DNA of 64,000 bases from Candidatus Fervidifonticultor sextus (GCA_031459875.1 JAVKHQ010000009.1:1-64000); one strand, 5' to 3'. Positions 39,551-48,906 are shown, counted from the first letter of the stretch. Made by a program: numbers and translations. Notes: generated by a model from the letters alone, not told the origin.

Positions 39551-41053
39551 ATGCTCTCGGTGCTCATCGTGCTTCCGCTGGCCGGCGCCCTGCTCGTGGC
39601 GCTGATCCCGCGCGAGCGCGAAGAGACGATCCGGCGGGCGGGGTTGGCCGTCAGCCTGGCCACGCTGGCAGTCGCCGCCTGGCTCTTCCGGGTCTTCGAC
39701 CCCGCCTCCGGCGCGATGCAGTTTGCCGTGCGGGTGCCGTGGATCCCCGCCCTGGGCATCGGGTACGCCGTCGGCGTGGACGGCATTTCGCTGCTGCTGG
39801 TGGGCCTGACCGCCGTCATCTTCCCCCTGGCGTTGCTGGGGTCGTGGGACTCGATCACCGAGCAGGTCAAGTGGTTCACCGTGGCCATGCTGGGCCTGGA
39901 GGGCGCGGTGCTCGGGACGTTTCTGGCCCTCGACCTGATTCTCTTCTACGTGTTCTGGGAAGCGGTCCTGATCCCCATGGCCTTTCTCATCGCGCTGTGG
40001 GGCGGGCCGGCCAGGCGGTACGCGGCCATCAAGTTCTTCCTGTATACGATGGCGGCCAGCGTGGTGATGCTGGTGGCGATTTTGGCCCTCCACGTGCTGG
40101 GCAGGAGCCTCCTGGGGGAGCGGACGTTCGACCTGGAGGTGCTCGCGGCCATGGTGCTGCCCCCCGGGGTGCAGGCGTGGCTGTTCGCGGCGTTCGCCCT
40201 GGCCTTTGCGGTCAAAGTGCCGGTGTGGCCGCTGCACACCTGGCTGCCCGACGCCCACACCGAAGCGCCCACCGCCGGCAGCGTGATCCTGGCCGCGCTG
40301 CTGTTGAAGATGGGTACCTACGGCTTCGTGCGCTTCGGGCCCATGCTGTTCCCCCAGGCGCTCCCGGCGTCGGCGCCGCTGCTGGCGGCGCTGGCGATCG
40401 TCGGCATCCTCTACGGGGCGGTGGTGTCCTGGGCGCAGACCGATCTCAAACGCCTCATCGCGTTCAGCAGCGTCAGCCACCTGGGGTTCGTCATGCTGGG
40501 GATCGCGTCGCTCACCGAGCAGGGCCTCCAGGGCAGCCTGATCCAGATGGTCAACCACGGGATCAGCACCGGCGCGCTCTTCCTGATTGTGGGGGTGCTC
40601 TACGACCGGACCCACTCGCGCCAGATCGCCGACTACGGCGGGGTGGCCTCGCTCATGCCGCGGTTCGCCGCGATCTTCACCATTGTCATGCTGTCATCGG
40701 TGGCGCTGCCCGGCACCAACGGGTTCGTCGGCGAGTTCCTGATCCTGCTCGGCGCCTTCCAGACCTCGACGTGGTGGGCGGTCCTGGGGGTGGGGGGCGT
40801 GATCCTCTCCGCCGTCTACCTCCTCTGGGCCTACCAGCAGGTGATGCACGGACCGCAGGCCGCGAAGCATCCCGAGCGGCTGGTCGAGGTGACGCGCCGC
40901 GAGGTCCTGGTGTTCGCGCCCCTGGTGGCGCTGATCTTCTTCATCGGGGTCTACCCGAAGCCGCTGCTGGACCGCTCCGAGGCCGCGGTCCAGGCGGCGC
41001 TGGACCGGCTGGACCGCCCGGCGATGGCGGAGCCCTTCAGGAGGCACCGGTGA
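39551..41053 (+). CDS. nuoM: NADH-quinone oxidoreductase subunit M
   Basis: KVPVWPLHTWLPDAH and LPGTNGFVGE motifs. Confidence 0.96.
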   Translation: MLSVLIVLPLAGALLVALIPREREETIRRAGLAVSLATLAVAAWLFRVFDPASGAMQFAVRVPWIPALGIGYAVGVDGISLLLVGLTAVIFPLALLGSWDSITEQVKWFTVAMLGLEGAVLGTFLALDLILFYVFWEAVLIPMAFLIALWGGPARRYAAIKFFLYTMAASVVMLVAILALHVLGRSLLGERTFDLEVLAAMVLPPGVQAWLFAAFALAFAVKVPVWPLHTWLPDAHTEAPTAGSVILAALLLKMGTYGFVRFGPMLFPQALPASAPLLAALAIVGILYGAVVSWAQTDLKRLIAFSSVSHLGFVMLGIASLTEQGLQGSLIQMVNHGISTGALFLIVGVLYDRTHSRQIADYGGVASLMPRFAAIFTIVMLSSVALPGTNGFVGEFLILLGAFQTSTWWAVLGVGGVILSAVYLLWAYQQVMHGPQAAKHPERLVEVTRREVLVFAPLVALIFFIGVYPKPLLDRSEAAVQAALDRLDRPAMAEPFRRHR

Positions 41054-42543
41054 TCGGACGCCCGCCGGTCCCGATCCTGCTGATCGCCCCTGAGGTCGCC
41101 GTCCTGACCACGGCCATGGTCGTGCTCCTGGCCGACCTCTGGGTGCGGCCGAAGCGCCGCGGCCTGCTGGTCGGCATGAGCGTGTTCGGCGTGGTGCTGG
41201 CCGCCCTGGTGGGGGTGACCCTCCCCGACGGGGTCGGGTTCGCCGACATGTATGTGCGCGATGGGCTCACCCGGGTGGGCCAGACCCTGGCCCTGGCCGC
41301 CGTCGCCCTGGGCGTCCTGGTGGCCCCGGAGTACCTGCGGCGCCTCAGGATGGAGCGCGGCGAGTACTATGCCCTGGTGCTGATCGCCGGCGTCGGCGCG
41401 ATGCTCATGGCGGCCAGCGGCGACCTGTTGCTGCTCTTCCTGGCCCTGGAGACGCTCTCGATCCCGCTCTACGTGCTGGCGGCATTCCGCCGCGGCAGCG
41501 TCCGGAGCCAGGAAGCCGGCATGAAGTACTTCCTGCTCGGCGCCTTCGCCAGCGCCTTCTTCCTCTACGGCATCGCGCTGCTCTACGGCGCCGCAGGCAC
41601 GACCCGGCTTTCGGGTCTGGCTGACTTCCTCTCGCGGGGGCCGTCGAGCCTGGCGGCGGCCGCCGGGGTCGGCCTGCTGGTCATCGGCCTTGGTTTTAAG
41701 GCAGCCCTCGTCCCGTTCCACACCTGGGCGCCAGACGTCTACGAGGGCGCGCCCGTACCCGCGGCCGCGTTCATGTCGGTGGTGGCGAAGATCGCCGCGT
41801 TCGCGGCGCTGGTTCGGGTGTTCCCGCTCACCTTGGGGGCGCTGGCCGGGCAGTGGACGGTGCTGCTCGGCGCCCTGGCGGCGGTCACCATGATCGTTGG
41901 CAACCTGGCCGCCCTGGCGCAGACGAACTACAAGCGCCTGCTGGCCTACTCCAGCATCGCGCACGCGGGGTACCTCCTGGTCGGGGTGGCCACGGCGACG
42001 CCGGATGCGGCCTCGGCGGTCATGACCTACCTGGCGGTCTACGCGGCGATGGGCATCGGGGCCTTCGCGGTGGCGGTGGCCCTGGAGCGGGGCGGGCAGG
42101 AGGCCGACCGGATCGAGGACTACGCCGGGCTCGCCGAGCGCGCGCCGCTGCTGGCCGCCGCCACCGCGCTGTTCATGATCTCGCTGGCGGGCCTGCCGCC
42201 CACAGGAGGGTTCATCGCCAAGTTGGGGATCTTCGCCGCGGCGGTCGAGGGGGGAGGGCGGGGCGGCCTCGCGCTGGCGCTGATCGGGGTGCTGACCAGC
42301 GTCGTCTCTGTGTACTACTATCTACGCATCCCATACGTCATGTACGCGGACCGGCCCGGTCCCGCGGTCCCCTCCGGCGGGATCTCCTCCAGCGCCGGTG
42401 AGCCAGGCGGTGCGGTACGCCTGCATCCCAGCCCGATGGTGAACCTGGTGCTGCTGCTGACGGCGGCCGCGGTGCTGCAGATGGGGTTCCTGCCGCGGAC
42501 GATCATCGCGTTCGCGCAGCAGGTGGGCGCGCTGCTGCGGTGA
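41050..42543 (+). CDS. nuoN: NADH-quinone oxidoreductase subunit N
   Basis: EAGMKYF, PFHTWAPDVYEG and KRLLAYSSIAH motifs. Confidence 0.95.
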   Translation: MIGRPPVPILLIAPEVAVLTTAMVVLLADLWVRPKRRGLLVGMSVFGVVLAALVGVTLPDGVGFADMYVRDGLTRVGQTLALAAVALGVLVAPEYLRRLRMERGEYYALVLIAGVGAMLMAASGDLLLLFLALETLSIPLYVLAAFRRGSVRSQEAGMKYFLLGAFASAFFLYGIALLYGAAGTTRLSGLADFLSRGPSSLAAAAGVGLLVIGLGFKAALVPFHTWAPDVYEGAPVPAAAFMSVVAKIAAFAALVRVFPLTLGALAGQWTVLLGALAAVTMIVGNLAALAQTNYKRLLAYSSIAHAGYLLVGVATATPDAASAVMTYLAVYAAMGIGAFAVAVALERGGQEADRIEDYAGLAERAPLLAAATALFMISLAGLPPTGGFIAKLGIFAAAVEGGGRGGLALALIGVLTSVVSVYYYLRIPYVMYADRPGPAVPSGGISSSAGEPGGAVRLHPSPMVNLVLLLTAAAVLQMGFLPRTIIAFAQQVGALLR

Positions 42544-42932
42544 GCCGCACGCTACGCACGGCCCCAGCCAAGCCCTGGCTGGCCTGGGGCGATGCCGCCA
42601 GCCTGCTCCTGTTCACCGTGCTGGGGCTGCGGTTCCACAAGGTCGCGGTGACCCTCGGCGAAGTGCTGCAGACCGCGGTGCCGCTTTGGGCGGCGTGGTT
42701 CGCCGTGGCGGCCCTGCTGAAGACGTACCGCCGTCCCGGCGCTGGGGTGTTCCTCGCGAACTGGATCGTGGCGGTGCCGCCGGCGCTCCTCGCCAGGCAC
42801 CTCTGGCTGGGGAGGCCGTTCGGCCAGGGGTTCCTGGTCTTCCTGGGGGTGGCGCTTGCCCTCACGCTCGTCTTCCTGGGCGCCTGGCGGATCGGGGCAT
42901 TCCTGGCGGAACGCGCAGGGAGACGGTCCTGA
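42540..42932 (+). CDS. DUF3054-like membrane protein
   Basis: GD....LF..LG..FH and TAVP..AAW pattern; four hydrophobic helices. Confidence 0.7.
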   Translation: MSRTLRTAPAKPWLAWGDAASLLLFTVLGLRFHKVAVTLGEVLQTAVPLWAAWFAVAALLKTYRRPGAGVFLANWIVAVPPALLARHLWLGRPFGQGFLVFLGVALALTLVFLGAWRIGAFLAERAGRRS

Positions 42933-43007
42933 CCCGATGTTCCCGGCCGGCGTCAACCGCCGCCTGGAGCGGGAGGGCGTTCGCCTGTCCCGCGGCGGGG
43001 CTGGCTG

Positions 43008-43754
43008 TCACCCTGCAGGGCGTGGCCCCACGTGCGTCCCCCGGCGGAGCGCCCATACCCCCCAGATGATCAGGACCATCGCCGGAATCTGCCCCAGCGT
43101 CAGGGGGCCCAGCGCCCGCAGGTCGCTGCGCAGCATGTCCAGGAACAGGCGGCCGATCGAGGTGGGCACCACGATGCCCCAGAAGACCTGGCCGTCGAAC
43201 CTCCGGGTTGCCGCCACCCTCCGCGCGTAGAGCAGGATGCCCGCGGCGAAGAGCATCTCGTAGATCTGCAGGGGATGGCGTGGCACATCGGGCGCCGTTG
43301 CGAACCGGACGCCCCACGGCAGCGTGGTCGGATCGCCGTAGAGCTCCCCGTTGATGAAGTTGCCGAGGCGGACGAAGATGTTGCCGATGGGAATCGCCCA
43401 GCCGAATGCGTCCGCGAAGGTCCACATGGAGATGCCGCTGCGCCGGGAGGCCCAGGCCACGTAGAGCAGGCCGGCGGCGATGGCGCCGTGGGAGGTCAGC
43501 CCGCCCTGGTCCACCCGGACGACGTCGATCAGGTGGCGGAACTCGCCCGGGTGGGAGAGGACATAGCCCACCCTGGCGCCCACCAGGGCCGCGAGCGTGA
43601 ACCCGACGGTGGTGCGGTCGAGGACCGCCGGGGGAATCCCGATGCGGGGTCCGTAGCGGTAGGCGACCACCATGCTGAGCGCAATGGTGGTCGCCAGCAG
43701 GAGGCCGTACCACCGCACGGCCAGGGGGCCGATCTGGATGATCACGGGGTCCAC
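43008..43754 (-). CDS. lgt: Prolipoprotein diacylglyceryl transferase
   Basis: VRWYG, GARVGYV, RLGNFINGELYG and RHPLQIYE motifs. Confidence 0.95.
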   Translation of the reverse strand: MDPVIIQIGPLAVRWYGLLLATTIALSMVVAYRYGPRIGIPPAVLDRTTVGFTLAALVGARVGYVLSHPGEFRHLIDVVRVDQGGLTSHGAIAAGLLYVAWASRRSGISMWTFADAFGWAIPIGNIFVRLGNFINGELYGDPTTLPWGVRFATAPDVPRHPLQIYEMLFAAGILLYARRVAATRRFDGQVFWGIVVPTSIGRLFLDMLRSDLRALGPLTLGQIPAMVLIIWGVWALRRGTHVGPRPAG

Positions 43755-43802
43755 AGCCGGGGTCAGTCTAGCACCGGCTGTCCGGGCCGCTCAAGGTGCC
43801 AG

Positions 43803-43930
43803 GGGGGTACTTGATAAGAAGCCTGAAACGTCACCCCCTCCATATTACGGTGTCAAGAAGGCAGGGCATCCTGGCCGTGGGCGTTCCCTCTGGGGCTGCT
43901 TCCCGGGGTCCAACGTATGGGCCGCCTCCA
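43803..43930 (+). repeat. Left terminal inverted repeat
   Basis: GGGGGTACTTGATAAGAAGCCTGAAACGTCA...GGGCCGCCTCCA; roughly 89% identical (by hand) to the reverse complement of 46596-46724. Confidence 0.9.
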
Positions 43931-44062
43931 GGATCGGCGGTGGTTGTTTGGGGTGCACCTGAATATTGTCCGGGAAGAGAACGCCGTCTCCGTAGGAGCT
44001 CCTGGCCGCGCGAGAGAGGTCAAGTGTCAGATTTCCTGTAAAAGTTTCGGGCCTGGGTCATG

Positions 44063-45352
44063 CTACTTCACCTTCCTCCCCAGCCTGGTCACACGGTGCG
44101 GTCTCGCATGACGCAGTACGCTGATCCCCAACTCCTGGCGGAGCTGCCGCAGCTGCTCACGGTGCCGATCGATCATCGGGATCCGGTGCCCGCGCTGGCT
44201 CGCCCGGACCAGGGTGGCGTAGACGAGCTTCAAGCAACTGCGCTCATCAAAGAAGCGCGGGATGATCTTCGTCCGTCGGCGCTCCTCCAGAAAGCTGCGC
44301 TCGATGAGGTTCGTGGTGCGGACGTGCTTGCGGTGCGCGGCGGGCAACCGCAGGTGCGCCAGCGTGGCGTCTGGGTCATCCGCCAGCGACGCCATGGCGG
44401 CAGGAAACTCCCACTCAAAGCGCGCCCGCGTGGCTTGCAGGGCCTGCTGGCCGGCCTCGTACGTCGGGGCATCCCGCACGCCCACCAGGTGCGCCTTCAC
44501 CTCGGCGCGGGCATACTCGGGCACTTTGGCCAGGACGTTGCGCATCTTGTGGACCCAGCAGCGCAGCCGCAGACTCTTCGGCCAGATGTCCCTGATCGCC
44601 GCACCAGCCCCGGCGCCCCGTCGCTGGTGACCCTCACCGGCGTGCGCAGCCCGCGGCGCACCAGGTTCCGCAGCATCGCCAGCCAGGCCCCGTAGCTCTC
44701 CTGATTGCCCAGGGGCAGGTGCAGCAGCACCTTGCGCCCATCGGCCAGGATCGCCCCAGCGCACCGCAGCGCCTCGGCCGGGCCGCCCTGCAGCCGCAGC
44801 GACTCGTAAATCGCATCCAGGAAGCGGTACTCGACCGCGAAGCCCGACAGGTCCCGCTTGGTGAACGCTTCGTAGTCTTCCCACAGGCGGTCCGTCAGTT
44901 CGCTCACCGCGCTGGCGCTCACCAGACAGCGGCCCGTGCCGTCCCGGAGCGCGTCCTCAATGTCGCGCGTGCTCAGGCCCCGCGCATCCATCTCCGCGAC
45001 CAGCCGCTGCAGCACATCGGTGTGCCCCCGCAGGAAGGTCAGGAGCTTCGATTGGAAGGGTTCCGGCGTCTGCCGGACTTGCGGGAGCTGCGGGGATCTC
45101 GCCTTCCGCCGTGCGCCCGCGCCCCGGTTCGTACCCGGTGCGGTACCCACGGTGCGGCTGGCCTCCGCGGTGGCGGACGTAGCGTTCCCGACCCAGGAAG
45201 TCCGTCACCTCCTCTTCCAGCAGCTCCTGAGCCAGCCGCTGGGCGCCCAGGCGGAGCAGGGTGCTGGTCACCTCAGCCCTGCCATCGACTCCGTCTCTGA
45301 GGCCGCGATCAATCTCTTCCCGACCACGCCGGCTTGGTGCTACCTTGGGCAT
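44063..45352 (-). pseudogene. IS256-family transposase, frameshifted in two places
   Basis: Split over three frames: LLEEEVTDFLGRERY..GYRTGY; GLSTRDI..FLDAIY..VTSDGAPGL; RCWVHKMRN..RTTNLIER. Frameshifts near 45085 and 44605. IS256-like end AGTGTCAGATTTCCTGTAAAAG at ~44023-44044. Confidence 0.9.
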
Positions 45353-45396
45353 AGGTCTGGGCTCCGCGCCGGGATCTGAGGAGTGTAACTGTCCCA

Positions 45397-46110
45397 TCGC
45401 TATTCGAAGACGCGCCTGAGGACGGTGTCTGTTCAAGGAGAAGGCTCGATGACTTCCGCACCGAGGCGGACGTCCGCAATCTTCTCGGCACCCTCTACAG
45501 AGCGGTCCGTGACGCCAAGCGCACCTACGGCGTGGTGCACTTGTTGCTGTCGGGCGGTCGAAAGGTCATGAGCGTGGCAGCGATGGTGGTGGCGCAGCTT
45601 CTGTTCGGACCCGAGGATCGCGCCTGGCACCTTCTGAGTGAGGGTTGGGCGCCCGGAGCACCGCGGAAGATGCACCTGGAGCTCGGCGACGTCGTGCACC
45701 TCGTACCGATCCCCGTCCTGCGGTGGACCGACTCAGGGGTAATGCTGGCAGCACTCGCAGTGCTCGACGATCCCTTGGAGGCTATCCGTCGCTACGAGGA
45801 GATCGTCCGAGGCGAGCGTATGCGGAGCCGGCGTGGATTCGTCGGGCGGTGGCTTACCCTTGCGGAAGGGGACGTGGCGCGTCTGGCCTGCCGGGGGCTC
45901 GACAACGCCGCGATTGCCCGTCGCCTGGGCCGCAGTCCCAGGACCGTGGCCAACCAGCTTACCGCCATATGCGACAAGCTGGAAGACTGGCTTGGCTTCC
46001 AGGGCCCCCGGCTGACCGGGCCCTGCTGCTGGCTGAACTCGCCCCGTATTTCGAGCTCGAGAACGTGTCTAGAACGGAGGACGGGAACAGGTCCCCAAGC
46101 AGAAGGGTAA
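45397..46110 (+). pseudogene. CRISPR-associated CARF (Csx14/NE0113-like) protein with C-terminal LuxR-type HTH, 5'-truncated and frameshifted
   Basis: LDDFRTEADVRNLLGTLYRAV...VHLLLSGGRKVMS..AQLLFGPEDRAWHL (CARF GGRK motif), then LTLAEGDVARLACRGLDNAAIARRLGRSPRTVANQL (LuxR HTH). Confidence 0.7.
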
Positions 46111-46181
46111 ACGCTTCTCATGCGCGGTGGGCCAAGGGCGGCTAATCTCCTCCCGAAGACATCGTCGGGGAGTGCGAGGAA

Positions 46182-46345
46182 GTGCGGTACCGGGCCTTGT
46201 TGCAGGAGGTAAGTGCCTTCGAGGTCGGGCGCTACAAGGTCCGGTGGGTATCGGATGCCGGTGGGCGCTTGCCGTGCTTCCTCGGCCCTACCTTCAGAGG
46301 AGGTTTGGGCCATGTGCTACGCCGCACGGCCTGCCCCCTGGGCAG
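46182..46345 (+). pseudogene. cas6: N-terminal fragment of Cas6 (RAMP) endoribonuclease
   Basis: LPCFLGPTFRGGLGHVLRRTACP matches the Cas6 N-terminal LP.FLG.T.RG..G..LR...C motif; remainder missing. Confidence 0.65.
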
Positions 46346-46417
46346 CCGTGGCAGCTGGAAAAACCGAGACCCGAATTGCCACTGGGCCCGGTCAGATGCG
46401 CTAGGCGGACCGTTGGG

Positions 46418-46575
46418 GTGAAGCGAATCGGGCTTTCCCCAGACAAGCTGGCCTTCTACGACGCGCTGGCCGAAAGCCAAAGGCCTCCAGGCACTGCTCG
46501 TTGCTGGACAGGCAAGAGAAAGCGACGCTGACCGTTCTCGAGCAGGTAGAGACCCTTGCTGAGCTTTGGGTACGA
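46418..46575 (+). pseudogene. hsdR: C-terminal fragments of type I restriction endonuclease HsdR (DUF3387 region)
   Basis: IGLSPDKLAFYDALAES followed, in another frame, by DRQEKATLTVLEQVETLAELW; both are typical HsdR tail motifs, with the intervening segment deleted. Confidence 0.7.
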
Positions 46576-46595
46576 GCGGTCCAAAGGCTCCTGTT

Positions 46596-46724
46596 TGGAG
46601 GCGGCCCACACATTGGACCCCGGGAAGCAGCCCCGGAGGGAACCCCCACGGCCAGGGTGCCCTGCGTTCTGGACACCGTAAATGGAAGGGGTTTGACGTT
46701 TCTGACTTCTCATCAAGTACCCCC
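46596..46724 (-). repeat. Right terminal inverted repeat
   Basis: Reverse complement GGGGGTACTTGATGAGAAGTCAGAAACGTCA...GGGCCGCCTCCA. Confidence 0.9.
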
Positions 46725-46799
46725 TCAAGGTCCCAGAGGTCTGCAGGGTGGCGGCCAGGTCGAGAGGAAGTCTGGCATCCAGAAGGGAGGGGCACGGTC

Positions 46800-47366
46800 G
46801 TGAGCACGCCGCCGTCGGATCCGATCCTGCTCCTGGGCGACCCCCGACTGCGGATCGTCTGCGCGCCGGTGGCCGACCTCCGCGATCCCGTCTTCCGGAA
46901 CCGGGCCGCCCGGCTCCAGGCCGCGCTGGCGCGGTTCCGCGCCGAGCACGGCTTCGGCCGGGCCATCGCCGCCCCCCAGATCGGCATTCCGAGCCGCTTC
47001 GTGGCCATGGATCTGGGTTCCGGCCCCATGCTCCTCGTCAATCCCGAGATCACCTGGACCAGCGAGGAGACCTTTACCATGTGGGACGACTGCATGTGCT
47101 TCCCGTGGATGCTGGTCCGCGTCCGCCGGCACCGCTCGATCTCGGTGCGGTTCGCCGACGGGGAGGGCCATCTCCACGAGTGGCCGCGGCTCGACCCGGC
47201 CACCTCGGAGTTGCTCCAGCACGAACTCGACCACCTGGACGGCATCTTGGCCATCGACCGGGCGCTGGACCGCGAGGCCATCGTCAGCCGCGCCGTCTTC
47301 GAAGCGGACCCCGGGAGGTTCCGCTCCCAGGTGGACTACGTGGTCGATTCGAAATCCACCGAGTGA
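46800..47366 (+). CDS. def: Peptide deformylase family protein (divergent)
   Basis: LGDPRLR, GRAIAAPQIG, VNPEI, WDDCMCFP and QHELDHLDG motifs. Confidence 0.82.
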   Translation: MSTPPSDPILLLGDPRLRIVCAPVADLRDPVFRNRAARLQAALARFRAEHGFGRAIAAPQIGIPSRFVAMDLGSGPMLLVNPEITWTSEETFTMWDDCMCFPWMLVRVRRHRSISVRFADGEGHLHEWPRLDPATSELLQHELDHLDGILAIDRALDREAIVSRAVFEADPGRFRSQVDYVVDSKSTE

Positions 47367-47394
47367 AATCTTCCATCCCACCAGAGGACGTGCT

Positions 47395-48234
47395 GTGAAC
47401 CCGCTCGTCTTCGTTGCCGCTGTGGCCGTCATTGGGGTGGGGGCCGGGATCGCCGGCGCGTTGTTTGGGCTCGGCGGGGGCATCTTCCTGGTCCCGGCCC
47501 TGACGCTGCTCTTTCACGTCAATATCAAGTACGCCATCGGCGCCAGCATCGTCTCGGTGATCGCCACCAGCAGCGGCGCGGCCGCCGCCTACGTCCGCGA
47601 CCGGCTGACCAATGTCCGAGTCGGCATGCTGCTGGAGATCGCCACGGTAACCGGGGCCCTGTCGGGGGCCTATCTCACGGGGCTGCTGGCGCCCCGCTGG
47701 CTGTATGTGATCTTTGGGACCCTGCTCCTCTACTCGATCGTCCCGATGGTCGTCCGCCGCGGCATCGACCTGCCGCCGCCGGGCCCCGCTGATCCTCTGA
47801 CGGTGCGCCTGGGTCTGGCGGGGGTCTACCACGATGCTGCAACCGGTCGGGAGGTGGCATACGCCCCCCGCCGCGTGTCTGCCGGCGCCGGCATGATGTA
47901 CGTCGCCGGGCTCATCTCAGGCCTCCTGGGGATCGGCAGCGGCATCTTCAAGGTCCTGGCCATGGACGTCGTGATGCGGCTGCCGCTCAAGGTCTCCACC
48001 GCCACCAGCAACTTCATGATCGGGGTGACGGCTGCCGCCAGCGCCAGCGTGTATTTCGCCCGGGGGGACATCAACCCGCTGGTGGCCGCCCCGGTCGCCC
48101 TCGGAGTGCTGGGTGGAGCCTGGATCGGCACCCGGCTCATGCTGCGCGCACACCCCCAGACCCTGCGCGTCCTCTTCATCCCGATCCTGGCCTACATTGG
48201 TGTGACCATGATCGTCCGGGGGCTCGGCCTGTGA
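47395..48234 (+). CDS. TauE/SafE (TSUP) family sulfur-compound transporter
   Basis: GLGGGIFLVP, SVIATSS, SGLLGIGSG and KVSTATSNFMIGVTAA motifs. Confidence 0.9.
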   Translation: MNPLVFVAAVAVIGVGAGIAGALFGLGGGIFLVPALTLLFHVNIKYAIGASIVSVIATSSGAAAAYVRDRLTNVRVGMLLEIATVTGALSGAYLTGLLAPRWLYVIFGTLLLYSIVPMVVRRGIDLPPPGPADPLTVRLGLAGVYHDAATGREVAYAPRRVSAGAGMMYVAGLISGLLGIGSGIFKVLAMDVVMRLPLKVSTATSNFMIGVTAAASASVYFARGDINPLVAAPVALGVLGGAWIGTRLMLRAHPQTLRVLFIPILAYIGVTMIVRGLGL

Positions 48235-48623
48235 ACCGTCCCAGAGACTCCCTTGAGGATGTCGTGAGCGGCATCCTGCTGGCGGGCGTGGCGACCTCGG
48301 CGCTGGTCGTCGCGATCGGCCTGATCCTGCTGATTCCCGCCGGGACGGGCAAGAGGCTGCTGCTGGAGCAGTTGACGTCCGAGCACGAAGTCTACATTGC
48401 GGGGCTGCCGCACACGTTGGGCGCGGTGCTGGCAGGTGCCGTGCAAGGTCGGCCGGTGGCCGTGATCCTCCTCGGCCTGCTCCTGTTGATCGCCACGCCG
48501 ATCGTGCGGGTCCTGGTGGCTGCAGCCTATTTTGCCTTCACCGGGGATTGCCGGTACGCCCTCATCTCCACCGGTGTGCTGCTCCTGCTCCTGCTGGGGT
48601 TCGTCCTCGGCAGGGCCACCTGA
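48231..48623 (+). CDS. DUF1634 membrane protein
   Basis: LGLLLLIATPIVRV motif; usual partner of TauE; 4-bp overlap. Confidence 0.85.
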   Translation: MNRPRDSLEDVVSGILLAGVATSALVVAIGLILLIPAGTGKRLLLEQLTSEHEVYIAGLPHTLGAVLAGAVQGRPVAVILLGLLLLIATPIVRVLVAAAYFAFTGDCRYALISTGVLLLLLLGFVLGRAT

Positions 48624-48743
48624 CCGCACCAGGCCCGAGGCCCCAGGCCCCTCAACCGCGGGCTCGATACGGTCCGGAGCCGATGCCCACCGCAACCCGT
48701 CCGGTGCACACTGGGGCCGAAGGAGGCGCTTCTATTGAGCAGC

Positions 48744-48884
48744 ATGGGCAGGGTGGCTTTCTTGCGGTCGCTCAACGGCCTGCGGCAGTACGTGGCCGAG
48801 GTGACCACCCGGCAGTTCCCGCAGCCCGAGCACTGGTTTGGGATCGACGACGGGCAACTGATGGAACCGAAGAAGACCGCCTGA
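48744..48884 (+). pseudogene. Possible C-terminal remnant of ketopantoate hydroxymethyltransferase (PanB)
   Basis: GLRQYVAEVTTRQFPQPEHWFGIDD resembles the PanB tail Y..EV....FP..EH.F. Confidence 0.5.
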
Positions 48885-48906
48885 ACGCACGAGGCGGCAT
48901 AGGGGA

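Larger units (their letters stand above)
43803..46724. mobile_element. Decayed transposon-like element with ~128 bp terminal inverted repeats and 12-14 bp target-site duplication
   Basis: Left TIR 43803-43930 and right TIR 46596-46724 align as reverse complements; flanked by TCAAGGTGCCAG (43791-43802) and TCAAGGTCCCAG (46725-46736). Confidence 0.85.

Noticed and set aside
43803..46724. CRISPR array associated with the cas6/CARF fragments
   Set aside because: No regularly spaced direct repeats were seen here or elsewhere in the window.
43803..46724. Long TIRs interpreted as the ends of the IS256 itself
   Set aside because: The IS256 has its own end-like sequence near 44023-44044 and stops near 45396; TIR length and the 12-14 bp TSD do not fit IS256, so it looks like a nested insertion.
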